Source of the DNA: Alphaproteobacteria bacterium
Lineage (GTDB): Bacteria > Patescibacteriota > Minisyncoccia > Phycocordibacterales > JABAAK01
Reading direction: 5' to 3'
Assembly (NCBI GenBank): GCA_030054135.1
Contig: JASGCN010000001.1
Coordinates: forward strand, 104,663-168,662
DNA: 64,000 bases
Below, piece after piece: positions 48,627 to 56,739 of the stretch. The notes under the pieces were generated by a model, which saw nothing but the letters and a program-made list of their open reading frames with translations, was not told the DNA's origin and did not search any database. Both the position numbers and the translations under genes were made by a program. Numbering within the stretch: the stretch's first letter is position 1; every line of letters starts with the position of its first letter.

Positions 48627-50225
48627 ATGCCAGTTGCTCCAGTAACAATAACGAAACTCACGCGCGTACCGACTAAACTCGCATTAATTATACCCTTTGA
48701 ATACGCAAAAAGATTTAACATTGCACCTATTAAACAAGAAGGAACAGAAATTCTTATCGCATCTTCAGATATTAAAAATCTTGATATGCGCGATGCGCTT
48801 AATTTTATTTCCGCTCATCATGGACTTACCTATACACTTCAGCAAGTAACCAAAGAAGAGCTTGTTAGTATTATTTCATCATATGGGGCCAAACAAGAAA
48901 GTATTGCTCATTCTATAGAGGAGTTAGAATCAAGCACAGATGTTATTTTAGGTGTAGATAAAGACGAAAAAGCAAAAACAGGAGTAGATATTGAAAAAGA
49001 AGAAGCTCCAATTATTAAATTTGTGCAAAATATTTTAGCCCAAGCGGTAGAGAGGGGAGCATCCGACATACACATTGAACCACATCCTGAAAATAGTGTT
49101 GTTCGTTTGCGTGTGGACAGTGTACTTGAAGAAACTCTCATTGTCCCAAAAAAAGTACACAATCCTCTCATTGCGCGTATTAAGATTCTTGCTGATATGC
49201 GACTCGATGAAAGAAGAAAACCACAAGATGGTCGTTTTTCTAGTTATGTGAAAGGAGGAAAAATTGACTTTCGTGTTGCAACATTTCCTACATACGATGG
49301 AGAAAAAGTAACACTTCGTGTTCTTGATAAACAAAAAGGACTTCTTTCGTTAAAAGATTTAGGTCTTTCACCAGAGAATTATCAATTAATTCGGACTGCT
49401 TTGCGTAGGCCATTCGGACTTATTTTAGCAACAGGGCCAACAGGTGCTGGTAAAACAACCACACTGTATTCTCTTCTTAATGAAATAGATAAAAAATCTC
49501 AAAATGTTGTTTCTCTTGAAGATCCAGTTGAATACTCTCTTGAGGGAGTAAATCAGTCAAATATTTTTCCAGAAATTGGATACACATTTGCAAACGGTTT
49601 GCGTAGTATTTTACGTGGAGATCCAAACATTATTCTTGTGGGAGAAATTCGTGACAAAGAGACAGCTCTTTTGGCGGTGCAAGCTGCTCTTACTGGGCAT
49701 ACTGTACTTTCAACCATCCACACCAATACTGCAATCGGAGCGGTTGCGCGTTTAATTAACTTCGGTATTGATCCGTTCTTGCTTGCGCCAACACTTTCAC
49801 TGGTAGTGGGACAGCGTATGATGCGCAGATTAGCAAACGCCGGTAGAGATATTCCACTTACTCCTACAATGCAAAAAAGTATTGAAAAACAATTTGAACA
49901 TGTGCCAGAGGCATATCGATCGGCAATCCCTCCGATGAAATCATTCAAAGAAGCTCTTCCAGGTGCTGAATCATCAACTGGTCTGAAGGGGAGATTGGGA
50001 GCATTTGAAGTACTAGATATCACAGATGAAATTCGAGATGCTATTCTTGCAAATGCGTCAGAATCAAAAATAGAAGAGCTCGCAGTAAAAAATGGAATGT
50101 ATACTCTCGGACAAGATGCAATTATAAAAGGACTACAAGGTTTTGTTCCATATACCGAAGTTGTAAAATTAAATGCTGATGCTGGAATTGCACTAGATGA
50201 AACTCCAGAAAGTGTCGCACAATAA
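48627..50225 (+). CDS. pilB: type IV pilus assembly ATPase PilB/GspE family
   Basis: N-terminal GSPII_E_N-like domain, Walker A LATGPTGAGKTTTLYSLL, Asp box, Walker B, His box, tetracysteine absent; 532 aa. Confidence 0.9.
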   Translation: MPVAPVTITKLTRVPTKLALIIPFEYAKRFNIAPIKQEGTEILIASSDIKNLDMRDALNFISAHHGLTYTLQQVTKEELVSIISSYGAKQESIAHSIEELESSTDVILGVDKDEKAKTGVDIEKEEAPIIKFVQNILAQAVERGASDIHIEPHPENSVVRLRVDSVLEETLIVPKKVHNPLIARIKILADMRLDERRKPQDGRFSSYVKGGKIDFRVATFPTYDGEKVTLRVLDKQKGLLSLKDLGLSPENYQLIRTALRRPFGLILATGPTGAGKTTTLYSLLNEIDKKSQNVVSLEDPVEYSLEGVNQSNIFPEIGYTFANGLRSILRGDPNIILVGEIRDKETALLAVQAALTGHTVLSTIHTNTAIGAVARLINFGIDPFLLAPTLSLVVGQRMMRRLANAGRDIPLTPTMQKSIEKQFEHVPEAYRSAIPPMKSFKEALPGAESSTGLKGRLGAFEVLDITDEIRDAILANASESKIEELAVKNGMYTLGQDAIIKGLQGFVPYTEVVKLNADAGIALDETPESVAQ

Positions 50226-50241
50226 ATAATAAAACAATACA

Positions 50242-51456
50242 ATGGTATTATGGAGTATGCTTTATACATACACAGCACTCACTCCTGATGGGCAAAAAAA
50301 GGAAGGCATCATCGATGCCAATAATCGAACAAAAGCAATTTCCGTCATACAATCAACAGGAAATGTCCTTCTCACATTACAAGAAAAACAACAAAATACA
50401 TTTTCAATTAATTTATTCGAAGGAGTAAGTAAAAAAGATTTAGTAATTTTTTCAAAGCAAGTGTCAATTCTTTTTGAAGGTTCTATTTCTCCATTGCGTG
50501 CACTCCAGCTTATTTCATCGCAAACAAAAAATGTATATTTCAGAAATATTATCGTTGGGGTGTCTGCAAAAGTAGAACAGGGAGCAACTGTCGAACAAGC
50601 GTTCCGTTCGTACAAGGATGTTTTTGATGATTTTTTTTGTGCGATTGTTGCGGTGGGGGAAGCTTCAGGAACTCTTTCTCGATCATTTCAATATTTGTCT
50701 TCATATTTGGATAAATCGTATCAATTGCAAAAAAAAATAAAGGGGGCGTTGTCGTATCCTATATTTGTCATTGCTATTTTTATAATTATCATGTTAGGTC
50801 TCTTTACCACCATTATTCCTAATCTGGGTAAAGTAATTTCTGAATCGGGGAAAGAATTACCAGCGGTAACAACTGCTGTTCTTGGGGTTAGTAAATTTCT
50901 TACAGAAAATATCTTCCTCGTTCTTGCTGGGTTGATAGGTGGTACAATAGCGCTTGTGTTTTTCTTCCGTACACCCGACGGAAAGATTTTTTTAGGAGAA
51001 ATGTTAAGTGGTATTCCTATTGTTGGGAAATTATATAGAGAGTTTTATATTGTGCGTTTTTGTGAAAACCTTTCTATTATGTTGCAGAGTGGGGTGTCAA
51101 TTGTGAAAGCACTCGAAGTTATTTCATCTGTTATGGATAATCCTACATATAGAAAAGTTGTAGAAGATATTACTCAAAAAGTAAGGCAAGGTATGAAATT
51201 ATCACAAGCAGTGGGGGGACATGCGCAGTTTGGAAAAGAGGTAGAGCAAATTGTAGTGATAGGAGAAGAAACTGGAGAAATGGCAAAAATGCTTCGTTCA
51301 GTGGCAGAGTTTTATCAAGATCAACTGCAAGATACTATCACAGCTCTCATCGGACTTATTCAACCAGTGGTGATTATTTTCTTAGGAGTAGCTGTGGGGG
51401 GTCTTGTTGGGTCAGTTATTTTGCCAATATATTCTATTGCAACGAATGTTACATAA
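50242..51456 (+). CDS. pilC: type IV pilus platform protein PilC/GspF family
   Basis: Two GspF repeats, 3-4 TM helices, 404 aa. Confidence 0.85.
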   Translation: MVLWSMLYTYTALTPDGQKKEGIIDANNRTKAISVIQSTGNVLLTLQEKQQNTFSINLFEGVSKKDLVIFSKQVSILFEGSISPLRALQLISSQTKNVYFRNIIVGVSAKVEQGATVEQAFRSYKDVFDDFFCAIVAVGEASGTLSRSFQYLSSYLDKSYQLQKKIKGALSYPIFVIAIFIIIMLGLFTTIIPNLGKVISESGKELPAVTTAVLGVSKFLTENIFLVLAGLIGGTIALVFFFRTPDGKIFLGEMLSGIPIVGKLYREFYIVRFCENLSIMLQSGVSIVKALEVISSVMDNPTYRKVVEDITQKVRQGMKLSQAVGGHAQFGKEVEQIVVIGEETGEMAKMLRSVAEFYQDQLQDTITALIGLIQPVVIIFLGVAVGGLVGSVILPIYSIATNVT

Positions 51457-51457
51457 T

Positions 51458-52060
51458 ATGGGCAAAAAAAAAGCTTTTACATTTATTGAAATGATGGTAG
51501 TAATCATAATTATCGGTGTGGTAGTTGGTACAGGAGTTAATTCATTTGATACGTTTTCTCAGCAGGGCTCTCTTCGTCTTGTAGTGAGAAATCTTACTGA
51601 AGAGATACGCACTACAGTTACACGGGCGAGTTCTGTGAGTGCTACCATACCAAAACGATTTCAAGTGTTAGTGTTGCGTACTGATGCTGCAGGCATATTT
51701 GAACAATACCAGTCATTTGAAATTAAGCAGATAGATGCAGTGTGTGAGCTCGTTCGTGAAAGAAGAAAAGTTTCTGTGGGTAATGCTTTATACCAAATTT
51801 CTTTGGGAGGAACAGCAGGAACACTTGTGATGGTTGCAGAAAATGGCTCATACAATCATGAGTGGTACCACCACACCGGGACAGAGGAAATATCAGAAAT
51901 TGCAAAAAGTACAGTGTGTTCAACAACAAAAGTAGCGTATAGCAATTTTTTTAGCATTAAAGCAAAAGACAAAGCAGGTGGATATGGAGCAAGTGCACCT
52001 ACACTTGAAATCCGAGTTGATGCAGGGGGTTCAGTTGAGTACGGCCCACCTTCAGTATGA
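51458..52060 (+). CDS. prepilin-type N-terminal cleavage/methylation domain protein (pilin/pseudopilin)
   Basis: MGKKKAFTFIEMMVVIIIIGVV class III signal peptide (G/A-FTxIE). Confidence 0.7.
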   Translation: MGKKKAFTFIEMMVVIIIIGVVVGTGVNSFDTFSQQGSLRLVVRNLTEEIRTTVTRASSVSATIPKRFQVLVLRTDAAGIFEQYQSFEIKQIDAVCELVRERRKVSVGNALYQISLGGTAGTLVMVAENGSYNHEWYHHTGTEEISEIAKSTVCSTTKVAYSNFFSIKAKDKAGGYGASAPTLEIRVDAGGSVEYGPPSV

Positions 52061-52638
52061 AAAAAAAGATTCACAAGAAAGCGTTTACTCTTATAGAAGT
52101 GATAGTAGCAACAGCACTATTTGCAATTCTTATTACTGCATTTCTTGTATTTTATTTATCATTTCTTAAAATATCAAATGCTTCGGAAAAAAAACTTATT
52201 GCAAGTGATGAAGCATTGCGGGTGCTTGATTCAATAAAAAGAGACATTTCACTTGCGCTTACCAATGAAACTATTTCTGTTACCTCTACTGGTTCAGGGT
52301 CTTCAGTAACAAGTTGTATTAATATAGAAAAACTACCGCTCACAGAAAATACTTCAGAAAGAAGCTTTGTTACCTATTATTTGGATACTTCCCTCACAAC
52401 AGGGGGTGTTTTTCGTGAAGTGTCCACACAGAGTAATGATTGTACTAGCAGAACAGGATGGAAAAAAATCTCTTCTACTAGAGTAGCCCAAATGTCTATA
52501 AATATTAGCAATATGGGAAACATTTTTTTAATCTCTCTTAGTGTGCACACTCAGAATTCACAAGGAACAGCACAGGTCGTCTTTCGTTCAAAGGCATTGG
52601 TGCACAACATAAATAGTGCTCGAATATACTATGAATAG
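52057..52638 (+). CDS. prepilin-type pilin/pseudopilin
   Basis: KKAFTLIEVIVATALFAILITAF class III signal peptide. Confidence 0.7.
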   Translation: MKKKIHKKAFTLIEVIVATALFAILITAFLVFYLSFLKISNASEKKLIASDEALRVLDSIKRDISLALTNETISVTSTGSGSSVTSCINIEKLPLTENTSERSFVTYYLDTSLTTGGVFREVSTQSNDCTSRTGWKKISSTRVAQMSINISNMGNIFLISLSVHTQNSQGTAQVVFRSKALVHNINSARIYYE

Positions 52639-53386
52639 TTTATTGTTAATATTAATAAGTGGGGTGATAGGGGCAATGGTTGCAAGTTTTCTCTGGGTAG
52701 TACAAACTGCAGAAAAACCAAAAGACATTTTTTTTAGAAGGTCAAGTTGTGAATATTGTAAAAAAAAATTAACTCCACAAATGCTTGTGCCTATATATTC
52801 ATACATTGTTCAAAAAGGAAAATGCTCATTTTGTAAAAAAAAAATATCTCCACTGTATGTGGTGGTTGAAAGTATTGTCGCTGTCTTTAGTATGTGGGCA
52901 GTATATCTATGGTTGGATGAACCGTATGTGTTAGTGCCATTTGTAATAGGGGGGGTATGTCTTCTCGTGCTTAGTGTGGCTGATGTAGTGTATCAAAGAG
53001 TAGGATCAGCAATGATATATGCATTTTTAATTTTTTCACATGCGTATGCCATATATATGATGAATGTGTTTGGCATTATACATCAATTGATTATTGCTTT
53101 TGTAGTAGCATTACCGTTCTTTCTTTTTTGGTATCTGTCAAAAGGCAAATGGATGGGGGAGGCAGATTTTTATATTGCGTGGAGCGTTGGAATGCTTGTT
53201 ATAGGGGCTCTACATGCATATGATTTCTTTTTACTTACATTTTTTTCTGGTGCAATTGTAGGAATTGGATTGTATGGTATTCGTTTCGTAGGAGGTACCA
53301 TTAAAAAAACAGTACCACTTATACCATTTATGGCGTTTGGATTTATCGCGAGTTATTTTATTAGCCCAAGTACTTTGCTTTTATAA
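52631..53386 (+). CDS. pilD: prepilin peptidase (PilD/A24 family)
   Basis: N-terminal TM helix then CEYCKKK...CSFCKKKIS tetracysteine zinc motif typical of prepilin peptidases; polytopic membrane domain. Confidence 0.75.
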   Translation: MNSLLLILISGVIGAMVASFLWVVQTAEKPKDIFFRRSSCEYCKKKLTPQMLVPIYSYIVQKGKCSFCKKKISPLYVVVESIVAVFSMWAVYLWLDEPYVLVPFVIGGVCLLVLSVADVVYQRVGSAMIYAFLIFSHAYAIYMMNVFGIIHQLIIAFVVALPFFLFWYLSKGKWMGEADFYIAWSVGMLVIGALHAYDFFLLTFFSGAIVGIGLYGIRFVGGTIKKTVPLIPFMAFGFIASYFISPSTLLL

Positions 53387-53643
53387 AGTCCTTGAATAAA
53401 ATCAGATCCTGCGTATCCAGCAATTACCACTAACCGCCAATCACCAATAACAAGATTTCCAGCCACAGCTCCTACTATTGCCGAAACTAAAACAGTGTAA
53501 AAAAGTTTACTGAATTGAAAATATTTTTTTCTTGATTCTTGAAAATGTTTTGTGAGTCCTACAAGCCCTCGTATAAGCCCACCAAACGCACCTTGCAGAG
53601 AAAAAAGTAAAGTCGAGCTTTCCAATAATTCTTGTGTCATCAT
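53353..53643 (-). CDS. hypothetical small membrane protein (Gly-zipper helices)
   Basis: 96 aa with GxxxG-rich TM segments; function unknown. Confidence 0.35.
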   Translation of the reverse strand: MMTQELLESSTLLFSLQGAFGGLIRGLVGLTKHFQESRKKYFQFSKLFYTVLVSAIVGAVAGNLVIGDWRLVVIAGYAGSDFIQGLYKSKVLGLIK

Positions 53644-53705
53644 ATATCTATAATATACAATATGTATCTAGTATTGTGAGAGGGCATTGTGTATACTCTA
53701 TTTAT

Positions 53706-53779
53706 GCGGTTGTAGCTCAGCTGGTTAGAGCACTCCCCTGTCACGGGAGGGGTCGTGGGTTCAAATCCCATCAACCGCG
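53706..53779 (+). tRNA. tRNA-Asp (GUC)
   Basis: Cloverleaf folded by eye: acceptor gcggttg/caaccgc, D arm gctc-agctggtta-gagc, anticodon arm ctccc-CTGTCAC-gggag, T arm gtggg-TTCAAAT-cccat. Confidence 0.85.
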
Positions 53780-53925
53780 CCTTTTATTTTTTCAAAAGAA
53801 AAAATATTGTGGGCGATAGAGGACTTACCTCTGACCTTCTCGGTGTAAATAAGTTGCTCTATTAAATGAATAAAAAATAATCTCTGCAATGAAATCTTTC
53901 ATTTGATATACTACAAAGAGTAACC

Positions 53926-53998
53926 GCCAATGTAGCTCAGTTGGTAGAGCACGTCCATGGTAAGGACGAGGTCACCGGTTCAATCCCGGTCATTGGCT
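53926..53998 (+). tRNA. tRNA-Thr (GGU)
   Basis: Acceptor gccaatg/cattggc, D arm gctc-agttggta-gagc, anticodon arm cgtcc-ATGGTAA-ggacg, T arm accgg-TTCAATC-ccggt. Confidence 0.85.
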
Positions 53999-53999
53999 C

Positions 54000-55487
54000 A
54001 TGCATATATTAAATAAATCAGATTTCATTCACTTTAGACAGTGCCCGTCTTCATTGTGGTTAAAAAAAAATAAACCAGAGGTATACGCAAAATATAAAAA
54101 AGCAGACGATCCTTTTTTAGAGAATCTTGCAAAACAGGGATACGCTGTAGAAACACTTGCACGCACACTGTTTCCAGATGGGATTTTTTTAGATGAACAC
54201 GACCCCCACGCGCTTGAACTAACAAAAAAAACACTCTCAACACATCACACTTTTTTTCAACCATCTTTTTCTGCAAATGGTTTTTATGCACGAGCAGATA
54301 TCTTATTGCGTGATGAAAAAAATGAAACATATCACATTATTGAAGTTAAATCTTCTTCTAAAATTAAAAAAGATAAAAATCACTCACACATTGAAGATGT
54401 TGCTTTTCAGGCATGGGTTCTTGAACAAGCAGGGTACACTGTGTCATCCATGAGTATTATTCATATTAACACAGCATATATTAAACAAGGAGAGGTTGAT
54501 GTAAAAAAATTACTCACGCAAACCGATGTTACAGAAGAAGCACGAGAATCTATGAAAACACTTGTTCCAGAAATTAAACAAGCATTCGACTATATACAAT
54601 TAAAAGATATTCCACTGGATTCATGTCAATGTTTGTATACTACAAAAAGCAATCACTGTGATACATTTTCATATTTTAATACTACATATACCAAACAATC
54701 GGTACATTATCTTATTGATATACGAAAAGAAAAATTAAAAATATTTCTTGATGCTGGTATTCATAATGTAGTGGATATTCCAATCACAGACACACTTAAC
54801 AATAGACAAGCGTCTCATGTATTATCCGCAATACACAACCGTCCAATTATTCAAAGGGAAGACATAAAAGAAATAATTGATAGTTTGGTGTACCCTCTGT
54901 ATTTTATTGACTACGAAGCGGTATCCACCGCAATTCCTATTATTGACGGCACTCATCCATATCAGCAAATACCTTTTCAATTTTCTTTGCACATTCTCAA
55001 TAAAAATGGAGAAATTACACACCATGAATACATCGCAGAAGAGTTAGTGCTACCAGATGTATTGGTACAGACAATGAAAAAATACATTGGAGATACAGGA
55101 AGTGTGGTGGTGTGGTATGAAACTTTTGAAGGATCAAGAAACAGAGAAATGATGGAGATGTTTCCACACCATCTAGATTTTTTGGCAGATATCAATAGTC
55201 GTTTGTTTGACTTGCGTGATATTTTTTATAAATATGGATATTACATTGATTATCGTACGTGTGGTTCCACCTCAATTAAATATGTGCTTCCAGTGCTATG
55301 TCCAGATCTATCGTACGATACACTTGCCATTCAAAATGGAACTTCCGCTATGGAAAGTTGGCAGAGAATGATAACGCTTCCACATTTAGAGAGAAATATT
55401 CTCAAAAAAGATTTACTCGCGTACTGTGAAAGAGATAGCTTTGCTATGATTAGAATTTTTCAAGAATTAAAAAAACTAACCTCCTAA
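54000..55487 (+). CDS. two-domain nuclease: N-terminal Cas4/RecB-like PD-(D/E)xK domain with Fe-S cysteines plus C-terminal RNase H-like (DEDD-type) domain; TM0106-like family
   Basis: N-terminal Cys (FRQCP), motifs ADILLRD and IIEVKSS (E-x-K), cysteine cluster SCQCLYTTKSNHCD; C-terminal FIDYEAVS (D-x-E) and YCERDSF (Y-x3-D). ATG starts 2 nt after the tRNA-Thr discriminator. Confidence 0.6.
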   Translation: MHILNKSDFIHFRQCPSSLWLKKNKPEVYAKYKKADDPFLENLAKQGYAVETLARTLFPDGIFLDEHDPHALELTKKTLSTHHTFFQPSFSANGFYARADILLRDEKNETYHIIEVKSSSKIKKDKNHSHIEDVAFQAWVLEQAGYTVSSMSIIHINTAYIKQGEVDVKKLLTQTDVTEEARESMKTLVPEIKQAFDYIQLKDIPLDSCQCLYTTKSNHCDTFSYFNTTYTKQSVHYLIDIRKEKLKIFLDAGIHNVVDIPITDTLNNRQASHVLSAIHNRPIIQREDIKEIIDSLVYPLYFIDYEAVSTAIPIIDGTHPYQQIPFQFSLHILNKNGEITHHEYIAEELVLPDVLVQTMKKYIGDTGSVVVWYETFEGSRNREMMEMFPHHLDFLADINSRLFDLRDIFYKYGYYIDYRTCGSTSIKYVLPVLCPDLSYDTLAIQNGTSAMESWQRMITLPHLERNILKKDLLAYCERDSFAMIRIFQELKKLTS

Positions 55488-55522
55488 ACCATAATAAGAT
55501 ACAAAGTAAGATATAATAAAAT

Positions 55523-56002
55523 ATGTCTCTAAAAGCGTTCACGTTGGTAGAAGTACTCGTTTCTCTTTTTATTGTGGGGCTTGCCATAGGAGCACCATTG
55601 TCTTTTATTTCTACCATTTCTAAAAAAAATAACCAAGAGTATAAAAATCATCAAGCGCGTCTTCTTATTGAAGAAGCACTCGCACATATTAAAGATCTAA
55701 GAAATTCTGCAACTGAAAATTCAATAACAGGCATTCCAACATCAGGAAGGTATGACCCGTCAACAAATACATTTGATGCCTATACACTTTCAGAGGCCAC
55801 TATACTTAATCAGGCTATTGGATGCCCAGTGAATAATGATGATGACATAAAAATATATATGGCAAATACCGCCCAAGGATCAGCAGATGTACGCTCTGTA
55901 ACAGTATGTGCATCGTGGAGAGAAAAAACAGAAGATGATGTGTATGAAAACAAATCATACGTAGTGCGCACCGTCATATTTAAAAACAAAATATATATAT
56001 GA
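55523..56002 (+). CDS. prepilin-type pseudopilin
   Basis: MSLKAFTLVEVLVSLFIVGLAIG class III signal peptide. Confidence 0.65.
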   Translation: MSLKAFTLVEVLVSLFIVGLAIGAPLSFISTISKKNNQEYKNHQARLLIEEALAHIKDLRNSATENSITGIPTSGRYDPSTNTFDAYTLSEATILNQAIGCPVNNDDDIKIYMANTAQGSADVRSVTVCASWREKTEDDVYENKSYVVRTVIFKNKIYI

Positions 56003-56508
56003 TTAAAAAATTTTCAGGAAGTGTCCTTATTATTGTTATGGTGATGGTTATTACTCTTATTGGAATAAGTATTCTTCTTGCACAAATAACACAAAATCGT
56101 TTTACACGAGGAGTATTGTATGACGATTCTTTTCAGGCATCTCTTATGGCGGAAGTTGGAATTGAATGTGCACAAGTTGCAATAGGGGGTACGTATGTTT
56201 TTTCGTATAACACAGCCCAGTGCACTCCATTATTTATTGAAAATAAAACATCCTTTATGCGTGTGTGGGGGGCACAAAAATCATCTGGTGGGATAGCAAC
56301 AACAAATACTGTTGTTCGTCCATGTGCAGATGTAGAAGTAACAATAGTTCCTGCGGTAGGAACTAAAACTTCTCCTGGGACATATAAGCCTTCATCTGCA
56401 AAAATTACTTCCGTTGGATATGCATGGTGCAATGGATCAAATACGAGTACCACCTATAGGTCTTTAGCAGTACAACAATTAAATGAAAGGGCAACCATTG
56501 CGCCATAG
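55999..56508 (+). CDS. pilin-like protein (minor pilin / PilX-like)
   Basis: N-terminal hydrophobic helix GSVLIIVMVMVITLIGISILLAQ after short basic leader; overlaps upstream gene by 4 nt. Confidence 0.5.
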   Translation: MIKKFSGSVLIIVMVMVITLIGISILLAQITQNRFTRGVLYDDSFQASLMAEVGIECAQVAIGGTYVFSYNTAQCTPLFIENKTSFMRVWGAQKSSGGIATTNTVVRPCADVEVTIVPAVGTKTSPGTYKPSSAKITSVGYAWCNGSNTSTTYRSLAVQQLNERATIAP

Positions 56509-56546
56509 TTTTTTGTGAGAATGTATAGATAAGGTACACTATATAT

Positions 56547-56738
56547 ATGAAAAAAATACGCGCATTTACTTTTATTGAACTTATGATCGTATTGATTATT
56601 TTTGGTGTATTTGCAACTATTGGTATTGGCTATGTGTTAAAAACTGAAGATAAAGTGACTACAACTACCGAAAACCTCAAAGGCAGTACTGGCGCTATTT
56701 CTAAATTAAAAACAATCAAATCTGAATCAGATTATTAA
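56547..56738 (+). CDS. very short (63 aa) type IV pilin
   Basis: MKKIRAFTFIELMIVLIIFGVFATIGIGYVL class III signal peptide; only ~35 residues beyond the N-terminal helix. Confidence 0.6.
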   Translation: MKKIRAFTFIELMIVLIIFGVFATIGIGYVLKTEDKVTTTTENLKGSTGAISKLKTIKSESDY

Positions 56739-56739
56739 T

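Noticed and set aside
53634-53819. 61-aa ORF overlapping tRNA-Asp
   Set aside because: It spans the tRNA gene and its translation reflects tRNA sequence (no protein-like features).
53782-53926. 146-nt spacer between tRNA-Asp and tRNA-Thr as a possible additional tRNA, small RNA or CRISPR-like element
   Set aside because: No cloverleaf can be folded and no repeats are present. Only short hairpins (agagg-actta-cctct; caatgaaa-tc-tttcattt), insufficient to call a feature.
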